Origin: Trichoplax adhaerens
Lineage: Eukaryota > Animalia > Placozoa
Assembly (NCBI RefSeq): GCF_000150275.1
Contig: NW_002060943.1
Span: 9,704,209-9,768,208 of the forward strand
Direction of reading: 5' to 3'
DNA length: 64,000 nt
The first letter of the stretch is position 1; every line of letters starts with the position of its first letter. This document shows positions 25,409 to 50,020 of this stretch, one piece after another. The notes beneath the pieces were generated by a model. The model was given only the letters and a program-made list of their open reading frames with translations. It was not told the DNA's origin and did not search any database. Position numbers and translations under genes: made by a program.

Positions 25409-28400
25409 ATGTCTTTAAAAACATTTTCATCTACTAATTTGGCATTTACTTGCTTCATCGCCCTCTTCACTTTGGTATTCTTAACTAAGGCTTGTCCTGT
25501 GAGTAACTGCACTTGTACGATCTCTGTAATAGATTGCAGAAATCTTAAACTATTGAAAATACCGGATGGCATTCCAAATACTACTGTTGTGTTGTAAGTA
25601 ACCATGTTTTTAAAAAGTAGAGATGTAATCTTGATTCGAGATAGTAATTCTATTTTCAAAAATGAGAAGAAAACTACTGATGACTAGCTAAAGAAAAAAG
25701 TGTCTGAATTAATCTATACAGTAAGATGATGCGAGCTTCTGATATTATTCAAATCGCTTCCAAGAACCTTGTGAATACAGAACTTTGAAATTTCGGATAG
25801 TATAGAAGAGTTATGTCAGTTCAAATATGTTTATAAACCAAATCGAATATTTATTTTCGCATATAATTTCGTTTTTCTACGCAAATGTATTACCTATTGA
25901 ACCAAAAAACCCAAACCAGGCGCTAGACTTAGATTCTCTATCCAAATTCAGGCAGTTTAAACGGAAATTAAAATGTTCTTGTTAAAAAAATGTTCGAAGT
26001 AATTTTGCACTTTCTCTTGAAGAATGTTATCAGGAAATGAAATAGACACCCTGCCAAGTAGTGCATTCTTCGGTTTAAAGTCATTAAGAACTTTGTAAGT
26101 TTAGATTAATTAGATCAGTTACAGTATATTTCAAAAATAATTGGCTTATTTGTAACTTAATGAAGAGGGCGAAATAATCGATAAAAATATTTAATGCTAG
26201 ACTCTTAGCAAACAACAAGATCGCACATATCGACAATTTGGCGTTCGAAGGCTTAAAAAACTTACGGAAACTGTACGTTAAAGTTTTTAACTATTCGTTT
26301 ATGACAGACTCTTCCATTACAATCAATAATTTACTTACAGGGAATTGCAAGGGAACAAATTAACAAGCTTACCTTTTCAAGTCTTCGATGATGTAACATC
26401 TTTAGAAGATTTGTGAGTCTTCTTAACAAAAGTTTAATTTGTTATTGATCGATTCCATAATTAAAACTTACTTCGTTAAAATATTCACACATTTAATAGA
26501 AACATAGGGAATAATCGAATTCAGAAGCTTATGACCGGAAACTTTTACAAACTAAGAAAGCTGATTAATCTGTTAGACTACGATTATTGTTCTAGAAATT
26601 ATCTGCAAGAAATTGTCTAAAATTGTAAAACTAACTATTACTTAACTTTCTGCAGTACCTTGAGTAATAATCGGTTGGAAACGTTTTCTAAGAATTACCT
26701 ATTTAATTTGAATTCAATATTAAACCTGTACGTAAACGAATTTACCCGTATATATTTTACCCTGAGCTGGACTAGAACTAATTTTATTTATTACATAGGG
26801 ATTTAAAATTAAACAAAATCGCTTCCATTGATGACTACTGCTTTCAAAATTGTAAATCGATAAGCCAAATGTAGGTCTAGAAAAACGACTAATATCAAAT
26901 CAATGAAGGACCTTAAAAATTTTATTCGTAAATTTAGTGATTTAAGCGGGAATTATCTAAGTGCGATAAATGAAAATATGTTAAATGCTAAAAGTGGCTT
27001 TATATCCCTGAAAATTTTGTAAGTTTTCTTAGTTACATCAATAATAAGACTAATTTAGAATATGTGTTATCAAGTTTTTAATTGTAAATGTTTCTTGGAA
27101 AAAGAAATTTAAGAAATAATACAATTGGTACTATCCATAAACATGCTTTCAATAAGTTGTCAAAGCTGAAATATTTGTAAGTCACGCGTTTGCTCGTAAA
27201 TCATAAATTCTTTATTTTAATTGTTATTCGATGACTGTTTCTGACTAATCCAAAATTTTTATTATCTAACCTTAATTAAAGGGATATCAGCAAAAACAAT
27301 CTAGTGTTCGACTCTGATAATCTTGGTGGAATATTTGAGCATGTGCCCTTATTGGAAACTTTGTAAGATTTTTTTTAAGTCAATGTTTCGATACTAAAAG
27401 ACACTCAATTCCATATAAATGTCTACAGAAAATTAAACGATAACAAAATTAAATTCATTGGAAATGAAGCATTTTCAGGACTCTCATCCCTCGTCAATCT
27501 GTAAGCAGGCTTCTAAAATGGTAATAATTCTGCACAAAAATACTAACATGTTGAACTTCCTTGTAAAGGAACTTGAACGGAAACCCGATCCAAACTATAG
27601 AAAAAGGCTCTTTTGGAGAGTCTCTAGGTTTGCAGATGATGTAAGTGTATGACATACTTTATCCTGGTGCCTCGAACGCAAATTAACATAAATTACTAAT
27701 ATAAACTTATTGAAATCAAGTAATATAGCAACAACATCGCTAATATGCGATTGTAGAATTGTATGGCTACTGTTGAGACCATATGACCGCATTATCCTAC
27801 AAAATTCGCAACTTGTATGTCGTAATCCAAATAATTTACGCGGAAGGAATATTGGAAAATTAAGTAACAAAGACTTTACATGCGGTGAGGCTACTTTAGG
27901 GAAAAATAGCAGTGATAAATATAATTAAAAATATCTTAATCTACAGCCTTTAGTGGAACTTCCTACAATTAATGCGTATCTTTAAGACCGAATTTTTTTA
28001 CTTTCCAAAATTTGTAAAAATATACATAAAAAAAATGTTCAGTGTTTATCCTACCTATCTAATGCAATACATTTCATATACATTCCAGATAAATCACAAC
28101 GTATTCCGATAATATTAACGGAACCTCCAGCACAAGCGATAGCTGTCAAGGGTGAGCAAATTCCAATCATGGTTGGTTTTCGTATAGTAGGCCAATTGTC
28201 CGCTTACCAATGGTTTTGGGTGAAAAATTCGAGCCGCTTATCATCCGACAACCAGATAATACTTTCAAAAATGCCCAATAACCATTGTAGAAATGATACC
28301 GATACAGATAGTTTAAAGGACTTTACCGCTCAGTTAACACTAAAGCCATTGAATCACGATATCACTGGTCTTTACTTTTTTGTTATTACTAATAAGTTTG

Positions 28401-30079
28401 GAAAATCAATTTCATCTGCAAAAACAAGGGTAATTTTTGCAGGTAAACCCCCGTTAGCTTTGGTTTTTGTAAAGAGCCAATCATAAATCTTTCAATTATT
28501 TTATTTCTTAGAATATCCAAAATTCGAATCTACATTTACCGATCTCACTTATCGAATTGGAGAAGATGCAGTCTTAAATTGTAGAGCATCTGGGTTTCCA
28601 AATCCTAACATAACATTTACGAAAAATGGTAATATTTCAGTATCGCTCTCTCACAGATTGAAGTTTACCGTGCAAGGAATAAGAATTGTTAATGTATCAG
28701 TAGCTGATATGGGAGAATATACTTGCACTGCAGAAAATATTGTAGGTTCCATTTCTCAATCATTGCGTCTCTCAGTTCTAAGTAAGTAAAACATTGAAAT
28801 TTGAAACCATTTCGTTTACGAAAATTTTGATCTAAAGTGAAGCTGCCACTTTACTTGCAGTGAACCCAATATTCACTAAACCAGCACCAAAATACATGGC
28901 GAATGTCCTGGTAAATGAAGCTATAATTTTAGAGTGTTTCGTAGCCGGCAGTCCATTCCCAAAAATATCTTGGTTAAGAAACGGTACTGTTATTACAAGA
29001 GATAGAGCAGCTTATTACGACAGGGGTCAGACACTGATAATAAGATCAGCTACACCTGATGACAATGGCGAATACTTGTGTCGTGCTACAAATGCCATCG
29101 GTAGCGTGAAAAGGACGACAAGAGTGACAATATTCCTTCCGAATGGTATATTATAATATAACAGAATGATTAAAAATATAATTTATTTAATACGTTTTAC
29201 TGAATAATTTCATTAGGTTTTTCCTTGCCTGGTAGTGAGAGAAACCCATATCTGACAATCATTATTACTGCATGCACCTGTGTTTTCGGAACCTCTCTCT
29301 TATGGGTATTCATTTTATCCTACCGCGTAAGATTGCTCCGTAAAGAAATTGAAACAAGTAAATCGTCAACGTTTCTGCCCTTACACAGCTATACAATAGG
29401 TAACGGTAGCATTTCTAAACACAACTTTGAAACAGCGGCCGGAAAAACAAATTACTCCGAAAGACATTGCATAACAGCGGCAGGTTATCATATCGCTTCC
29501 GAAAATAGTGATGACACCATCGAAATTATCGACTATGCTAGTCAAGGAGTTCCAGGATCTAATCTACACGATATCACTAGAAATTCCACAGGTTCAGATA
29601 TAATTATTCCGGAGCAAAGTATGCCCGGACCAGAGCCATGGATAGCCAGTAGGCCTAGAAAGTCAGTAGAAGATCGCGTATATAGTCAAATGCCTGCTAA
29701 CTCACAATTTAGGGATATTGTACGAGCTAAACCTTTGCAGGTGGTAACAATTTATGATAAAATTTCGTTAAGCGAACATTCTACAGATAACAAGAATGAT
29801 ATAGATCAGGGCAACAGCAAGGATAATATGCATGTCTTTACAAAGAGTAAAGAATCTTTGAAAGAAAGTGATGACGAGTGTCAAGAAAATTCAATGCAAT
29901 CGTCTCTAACCGATCTCAGTCAGAAATCATTAACCGAAAGTAGACTGCACGCTGGCTCTTTGACTGAATCCGCTCTAGCAAGATGTTCCGAAAACGGAAG
30001 CAACAGCGTAGGAAAATTAAAGATTATTCAGAACCTAATAACCGAAGTCGTTGACGGAATACCATCAACTGAAGTATAA
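25409..30079 (+). CDS. LRIG: LRIG-family protein: signal, LRRNT, ~12 LRR, LRRCT, 3 Ig, TM, cytoplasmic tail; 17 exons
   Basis: Signal + CPVSNCTC LRRNT (25409-25593). Eleven 72/81-nt LRR exons 26023-27640. LRRCT LICDCR...FTC (27721-27883). Ig exons ~28089-28442, 28512-28781, 28861-29146. TM ...GTSLLWVFIL resembles the LRIG TSLVWV motif. Ends GIPSTEV*. Confidence 0.88.
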
Positions 30080-33000
30080 GAAGTGAAAACTTAGCCTTGT
30101 ATCAGATAAACAGTACGCTAGATCATGTATATAAATAAACCATATATCTAGAGAAATAGTTTTATCTACTTAAAGTTTATATATATATTCGAAATTAATG
30201 TCTATTTTCAGTAAGAACAGATTTCAAGTACAGAAAAGGAGAATTGTTTATAATAGTTTTTGATAGAATCATCGTATTAAAATGTACTGTAAATATATAT
30301 GGATCACTTTTCGCCTAGTTCGCTTAATTTTGAAAGCGTAAACGGAATTGTATATTTTTTATGCTAAGCCTAGAGTTTTTTGTTAAATATATTCGTATTA
30401 TTCGAGCTAACTATAACATTAATAAATTTCAAGATACAAAGATTAGTTGAGTGGCTAGCCAATCTAATGATTGAGGTAAATACATTATTATCTTGACTTC
30501 ATGCATCGTTACTGATTAATTGCAGGTAAAATCACTCATTTAATTTAACAGTGCCCAAAATTACTGAAAGCTACATTATTAACTATCAGATTTAACTAAA
30601 TTAAAGGAATTAGAGGTGCATAAAACAGAACACAAAAACATTTTTAAACCAAATTTCGAAATTGTAACATTCCAAAAAAAGAAATATTACTAATAATTTA
30701 TATATTTATTATCAATATAAAAATTTCTTAAATGCTACCCGTTAAATTCTTACAATAGGTTAAAACCTTTTTAATCAATCTCAACACGTTTCTACTTTAC
30801 CAGTATTGAGGAATTATTAACTCTTTGATCTAATATATTGTACCGTAAGTACAGAATATTTCAACTATAATTATTACAATAATATTATCACCTTAAGTAA
30901 AGAAACGACTATGGTCTTGATGCTAAATCTACATCATCGTCAAAAATTTCGTCTAACGATAAGAAATAAACGTCATACAGATTTCGGGTACCCTAAGAAA
31001 ATTTTTAAAGGAGCTTAACTATTAATAAGAAAATAAAAAAACGTATTACTGCAGATGCATAATATTTTAAATGATCTTTAGTGAGAGGATACACATTATA
31101 CACTACAAAATTGTCACTCATTTTTAAAATGCGGGGTTTTTTTACTCAAGCATTTGAGTTTTACACCTACAGTGGTTAGTTAAGCTTGTGATGATCGCAC
31201 ATCATTTAAATTACTTACGTTACAAGTTTATTAGTATTTTGAATTGCCAAGTTTCATCGATGCAACTAATATAAGAAATATAGAAGTTTACCAATTGATA
31301 AAAAAATTCATACGATAACGTTAATGGCTGAATCGTTATCTATTTATTCGGTAATACCAAATACGATTCTTAAGTGTAAATAAGAATTTTTAGTCAGTTA
31401 TTACGTGATCGCATAACATTCCAAACTGAAACGAATTGAAATTATGCGTAAAGAAATTTTAGGGCACGCACAGGCCAGGTAGCTCGCTTCTGTCTTTATT
31501 CAGTCGTTACTAAACATTAAACTATTAAAAAAGGAATCTCATGGTAAAGACTGATCTTAATCGTAGACAGTCGTTAGCAAAACTATTACAATTTGTGCAA
31601 ATGCGCATTTGTTGCTAATTAAAGTTTATTTCTTTAGTGCTTTCGTAACACAATATTTCCAGAAACTCGATGCAGATTTTTACAATGAATATTCATAACT
31701 ATGACATCTTTTTTTGGTTGAATTTTTTGCTTATATATTAACAGTTGCCACACATACTGACATGTAGAAAGTTATGATAGAGGTTATTTTCTACAATATT
31801 ATGGTATTCACAATCGATAGAAGTCTGCAGGGTTGGCCTTATAGTTTGGTATCTTCGATTTTATTAGTTTACCTTGTCACAGATATTGTAATATATATTC
31901 GATATAAACCGTAACTCCTATGATACCAACTTTCGAATGTAAGAAATTAATCACAGTAAGTAGCTAGATAATCTGAATCTTAGAACGAAAAGTTTTATCA
32001 AATTAGACCGGACATATTTTGGGCATCTGATCATTATTCTTTACAATGCTACTTACAAATCTTTTGCAGAGAGAAAATATAAATATTTAAGATTCATTTT
32101 AGAAAACTACTTTGCACTACTTAAGAAAACGAAAATCATTATAAGTTCAGACAAAAGTTACCTTATGATTCCCTTACAAGACACTATAAAACCATCAAAC
32201 TAACTGTAAAATACCTCAAACTTTACTTCAAACTTAATATTCACTCATTATATGTTACAGAAGTCTAAAAGAGAACCTTTAAGCATCAAGATTTAGTCGT
32301 AAAAATAACAGTCTAGTTAACTACATAACAATCATACACAACCTCTACCGTTTGCCATGTTATTTTCTATTTTCTCAACTAAACTTTCCTAATGTAACTT
32401 TCATGTCACTTCATAAAATTCACAAGTTTCAAATTCACAATAAAAACTTCAAATTTCTAAAGTCAACCCATACAAAATTTTTCAAAAATTAAAATCCGAA
32501 AATAAAAAATATAAAAAAATTAAAATTATAAATCCGACCGGGTCCGAAATCCGAATCCCCAAAATTCGAATTTTATAAAGTTCACAGAAATTGCTGATCA
32601 TAAAATTTTGTATGACAACTATGGCTACTTTTTGACAGTTGATGTTTAAGCGTAAAGTTGAACGGTAACTGTACGATTATAGCCAACATTACAGTACTTT
32701 ACTGCCATGTTATAAATCCCCTTTCTCTATGGATAGGGTTTTATTACTAAGTCAAATTTATCTATAATTTTAGTATACTGTCAAACGCCCTTTCTTTAGA
32801 TTAGGCGATTGCTCTTATGTTATTCCTATAGTAATCTTTTTCATACTTTGTAAATTAATGAAGAAAAGATGGCGACATCTTGATTTGGCAGGGTAAAACT
32901 AAGATACTATCACTTTCTAGGTATTTTGTACAGAAATACTGTAGGAGTCGTTTGTCCATGTTGATCCAGATTAAGAATAGCTATGTTCTTCGGCTAGATA

Positions 33001-34149
33001 GAGTTTGATAGTGGGGGCTTAACTATCGTTACGAGTATTCCGATGGAAAAGAAGTACGAGATACAGAACCATTCCCGAAAAATAAAAATGCTGCATTCCA
33101 GCAGGACGCCATAAGTGGCATTCGTGCGAAGAAAATTAAATTCTGCAATTTATTTGTATCCAATGTCTTCACCACTCTGGATATCAATTGAATAAGAATA
33201 GTTAATTGATATAGACAATTTGATGAATCACTAAAATTCACTAAATAGGCACCTGTTCAGATTAGTTTTATCTGATAATTAAATAGATAATAGATGCACT
33301 AATTAGTTATTACTAATTAGTCAGAAACAACTCGTAAAAAGAATAATTCATGTATCAATCAGAATTAATTAAATGAAAACCTTTACAAATAGAAGTTCAT
33401 ATGACTAAATAAATCGTTTCGTTTTTATATAATTAATAGCGCAATACATAACGCACCTTAGACGTATCTTCGATGTAGCATAGCAATGAAAACAATATAA
33501 TTGCTTCATTTTTGAGTTTTAATGATATATAATAACATGAAGTAACACAAAAATAATATAGTTCTTAACACTTAACAAAATAATTGACATAGTATTTTCA
33601 AGAACGTGTTATTTGCCCATCTCTGCCTACTACAGTACAGTAAAAGAGAGATAAAAAGTACGCACTCCTCACTGCACGTCAAGTTACTTTACAGTAGTAT
33701 CATTCATTACACTGCCTTACAATTTGGCGTTCTGCGCTTGTCCCGTAAAGATTGAAATTTTAATTCGATTCCATTAATTGACGAAGTTATAAATTACAAT
33801 TGATCCATTGTGTGTATATGATACCGGCAGTGTACGAAATTGCCCGCCATGTGAAAATATATATATACTGTATTGTATGCAGTAATTGAGATGGAAAACA
33901 TGAAACAATCAATAATAGGATTGTATGGGTATTGCAGAACAGTGTAGATAAAGTTACCTTTACATGATCGGCGTGTCGCTGCTTTACCATTGTAACACAC
34001 AGCTCAAGCAGAGTTTTCCAAAACTTGCTTGTTAAGTGTCCGCGTAGTATACAGTACTGTGCAAGTAGAATTTCTATGACTGGGCATTTTACAGTATATA
34101 CACATAACGGATCGCCTGTAATTATAACTTCATAAATACATGAAATCAA

Positions 34150-34268
34150 ATTAAATTCAAATTTTCAATCTTGCTTTCACACGTGTAGTAGTCTTAAGTT
34201 GACAGACACTATAAATTCTCAGATAAATAATATAATTTTACGATTTTCGTACGGTATATAATGATACT
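34150..34268. repeat. Dispersed repeat copy B (inverted homolog of 3644-3765)
   Basis: Reverse complement reads agtatcattatataccgtacgaaaatcgta...tgagaatttatagtgtctgtcaacttaagactac...aaagcaagattgaaaattt. Confidence 0.65.
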
Positions 34269-34603
34269 GTAATAACTTGATGTTCGGTAATAGTCCATTA
34301 GCTACTTTATTTCAAATTTATGCGAAGTTTTAAATTCTTTGTCGCTTTGCAATCCATAAATGGCTTCAACATTTCTTATACTGCAGATCTAAATTTTATG
34401 CGCACTACAGTACATAACTTGTTCATTTTGTTTTCAGACATGGAAAACTCAGAAAAATATGCCTTACACTAACGTAAAAATACTGTACAGTACAGTGTGA
34501 ACCAGTTCGCATCAACAGTATACAGTTTGTCACGGTCCAATTGTCTTATTTTTTATTACGAAGAAATGTACTGTAGAAGTTTTCTCGTACATTGCCTGGA
34601 GTG

Positions 34604-34911
34604 TCGGGCATTCTATAGAATGCCCGAATCCTTGGGAAGTCATATGAATTTTATATGTAAAATATAAAAGATGTAACTCTGCGATTTCTGGTAAGATAAA
34701 AAAATTAACGAAGTAATTTCTCTATTCGAAAATGTTCTCTCTTATTGTACTCTGCACTGTAAGTCCTTTATACATATGAAATTCATATGACTCACAACTC
34801 GTACGTTATTTATTTTTTAATTACGAGTACAAGTTGACGATTACCATTCGCGATGAATCTCGATTCATTGCGAGACTGATCGTCGTAAAGTACTGATCAA
34901 TTAATTACGAC
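34604..34911. other. Cluster of inverted repeats / stem-loops
   Basis: Perfect 24-bp palindrome at 34604-34627; ~22-bp inverted repeat pair bounding 34638-34792; hairpins at 34797-34828, 34848-34873 and 34882-34911. Confidence 0.75.
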
Positions 34912-35275
34912 TTCAGGCGAGGACTAGCTACTACCATCGGCCATTATGTAGTTTTACAGAAACACTCGCAATACTGACTTTATTTTTATCAGTATATTTT
35001 AGTACTGTGTATCGGTAATGTATTAACTAATGTAACTGCATAGATATTGTAATCTTTTTCGCCAATGCAACGGTAATTATATAAATACAGTATATTCATT
35101 TTAATTTCGGTGGAGTAAATATAGCGGTTTCAATACAGCAAATCTAAAAATATGATTAAGCCCTGCTAATCTTGTTTCCCTAAGTTCACAAATTTCGTCA
35201 TTAAAAAAATTTTAGTTCACCAGTTTTAGCTTATTTATTTGTATGAGGCAGATTGAATTCGGAGGATTGTCTAGT

Positions 35276-35483
35276 GGTAAAATTGATTTCTGAATGAGAT
35301 TCAATTATTATTATTAAGGTCAGAGCAGTTTCCACAACTTTGCAAAGATTGAATAAGCAAATTTATTGCTGATTCTATCCTTGGGTAAAATTGATTTCTG
35401 AATGAGATACAATTATTAAGGTCAGAACAGTTTCCTAAATATGAAAAGATTGAATAAGCAAATTTATTGCTGATTCTATCCTT
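35276..35483. repeat. Tandem duplication, two ~100-108 bp copies
   Basis: ggtaaaattgatttctgaatgagat...aaggtcaga.cagtttcc...aaagattgaataagcaaatttattgctgattctatcctt occurs at 35276-35382 and 35384-35483. Confidence 0.9.
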
Positions 35484-36377
35484 AATGAATTGTCTTTCAA
35501 CGGGTACATCGCGTACCGTGCACTGCATACGATATAGACAGTGAGTAGCTAGTACATAATTACGATACGAAATTACCGAAAGCCTGAGAAATCCAATGTT
35601 GTGATTTTACTTTAGTATAAACGCCTTTTGGTCGGTAGGTTTTATCGTGTAATATGTACGTACCCAAGTTAATTGATTAAAATGGCTGTACATTACGGAT
35701 AGCGGGTTTTCATGTGTTCCCAAGGGCAGAGGCAATGACAAGTTATAAGAGCAAATGTGAATTTAACATATTGAAGTAAATGCAATCATAGCTTAACTTT
35801 AATTTAGTTTCGTTGTATTTGATGATTTAGTGGTATTCATCTGTCAGAATTTCTGCATATAAAAAATTTTGATTTTCTGCGCAAAATGGCAACTTAAGTT
35901 CTGAATTCTTTTTGAAATGTAACTACATTAACATTGGAATGTGTGAAAGATCGCCTTGTTAGGTATGTTACAGCCAAAGACGATAATGTAGTCTCATTAC
36001 CGTTAACGGCTGGCCACGAATTTGTATAAATACGTACATAAAATGTTGATATTATTATAGTTAAATTACATGTCATCATGATCATGCTAGGCCAATGTTT
36101 GTAACGATACACTTTGTATGGTTAAGAGTGATTGATTAATAAATATTTAATTTAAAGTACCACTGAGGGCCTGCGAAGCCTATAAATGATAGTGCAATCA
36201 GAAAATTTAGAGTAGAGAGCAAAAGAAGATTCTATTGAAGAACTTGTTGAAATTTAAAGGCCTTCGGGGTCGAACTATTTTAAGTCAAAGCGTTCTTCTT
36301 TTTCTTAGGTTGTTTGGTTGATGACAGTTTCAGTTCTGTCGTTTTTTTTAATTTCTGTGCTTATAATACTATGCAGA

Positions 36378-36558
36378 CAAACAATGCATATTAGATGTAT
36401 TGCTTATACGACTATATCTGTACGCGTACACATAGGCAAGAAATGCGTCCAATATGCATTGCTTGTACTGTACAGCTACAGTATCTATGCAGCAATGTAT
36501 CCAATACGCATTGCTTGTACAGTACTGCAGTACACATAGACAAGCAATGAATGCATCT
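36378..36558. repeat. Degenerate ~53-bp-period minisatellite of hairpin units (AAGCAATGCAT-ccaat-ATGCATTGCTT-like), ~3.5 copies
   Basis: Units start near 36381, 36437, 36490 and 36541. Confidence 0.7.
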
Positions 36559-37387
36559 ACAGTATAATAACCTTTTCCTTGTGGCTAAAGGGTATAAGCA
36601 CATTTCATTCAACAATTACTGCCTTTCTTCACTTATGGATTAAATTATGACTTAATAAATTCGATGAAAACGAATTCCTAAGTATAAACATTAAACGCCG
36701 ATAAGCTATCTAATGTTGAGGATATTTATTGAGTGAAGTGGTATTGTAGCTGGTCCTCTTTGGCATCATCATTGCGGAAGATATCACAAAAAATATTTTT
36801 TTAAAAAGCTAGATACAAGAAAGATTACAATCAATGCCATACATAAATAAATAATATATAGCAGTACTATAAAATATACTGGTATGTACGTCATATATAC
36901 ATTCCTTATGAATATAGCTTTTAGGAAGACCGAAGTTATTGCAATACCAAAGGTATATTATATATATACTAATAATGACATGATTCTTCGGAATGACGTC
37001 AAAAAATGTTAATGCTGTAGATTAATAAAAGTAACATTCTCATATTTTTGGGCAATGTAAAATAAATTACGTAGTAGAAAATAATTATATTGTACAGTAG
37101 TGTAAAAGTACGCATTTACATGCGATTTTACGACCAGTTTATCCCGTACTATAACTTAACAAGTTCCAAGTACTCTCACACTATCATAATTTTGGATCAC
37201 TGTAAGTAATACATACTGTATATTTCATGCAGTTACGCACATACCAGTAACCGGTGAGAATCAAGAATACCGAAAATTCAACGCTTTCAGAACTACAGTA
37301 CAATCCAAACCACAAAAAATTGCTGAATAAGGTAATAAATAGTAGTATAGTATGACTTGGCCAAGAGTTCCACAGTTTCAGTAAGTT

Positions 37388-43749
<6,362 letters not shown>

Positions 43750-44469
43750 CTTCGGGTTTATATTTCATATCAGTAGTAGTAACTAAGTCAGCTATCACTC
43801 TTCAAGGGATTTGGTTGCCGACTGTAAAATCAGGGATTTTCGATAGGAATCAAGGCGTCCTTTCGAACAAGTGTTGGATCTCTGTTCAACACTGGTTTGT
43901 AGCTTACCCATCTGATCCGAAAAATTTATTTTGCTCCGAACGGAGACTATAGAGGAAAGAGTATGGACTGAGACTACGGTACTGAACAGAATAGTCGGCG
44001 ATTGACAAGCGTGGGTTCTACAGTACAGTAAATAAAGATAGTACAGTCTGTACTGTACGAAATTTGCGTTTAGTTTTATACAGTACTGTACAGTACAGTA
44101 CAGTACTGTACTCTTATCAGATTTACAGTACTGTATTGTACTGTACAGTACAGTACTGTACTGTACTGTACAGTAGAAGAACCTTTTAACTTTTTGTTTT
44201 GTTACGTGTGTTAATTAATGAAGGGAATTCAAGAGAAAGTTGTATTGAAGTTCCTAGTACAGTACAGTACAGTACAGTACAGTAAACAGGACTTAGTACT
44301 GTACACATTTTAATTTTACATTTACTGTACTGTACTGTACTGTAGAACGTATGATTTCATATAACAGTTACATAGTTACAACTACAACTTTTAATTGATA
44401 ATTTAATTCTATTTTAATAGCACGCCTTCTTGTAAAGGTTCTAAAAGACACCAAATATATAGGTTTAAT
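43750..44469. promoter_or_regulatory. Probable bidirectional promoter for PHF8/KDM7 and MKLN1
   Basis: The two start codons point away from each other only 720 bp apart; the gap contains the pentamer array. TSS not determined. Confidence 0.65.
44018..44345. repeat. (TACTG)n/(CAGTA)n array in the 720-bp divergent gap between PHF8/KDM7 and MKLN1
   Basis: cagtactgtacagtacagtacagtactgtac and tagtacagtacagtacagtacagtacagta. Confidence 0.9.

Positions 44470-50020
<5,551 letters not shown>

Noticed and set aside
36378-36558. CRISPR-like look (palindromic repeat plus spacer), here and at 62780-62914
   Set aside because: Eukaryotic intron-rich context, no cas genes, only 3-4 degenerate units, and at 36.4 kb the linkers resemble one another.
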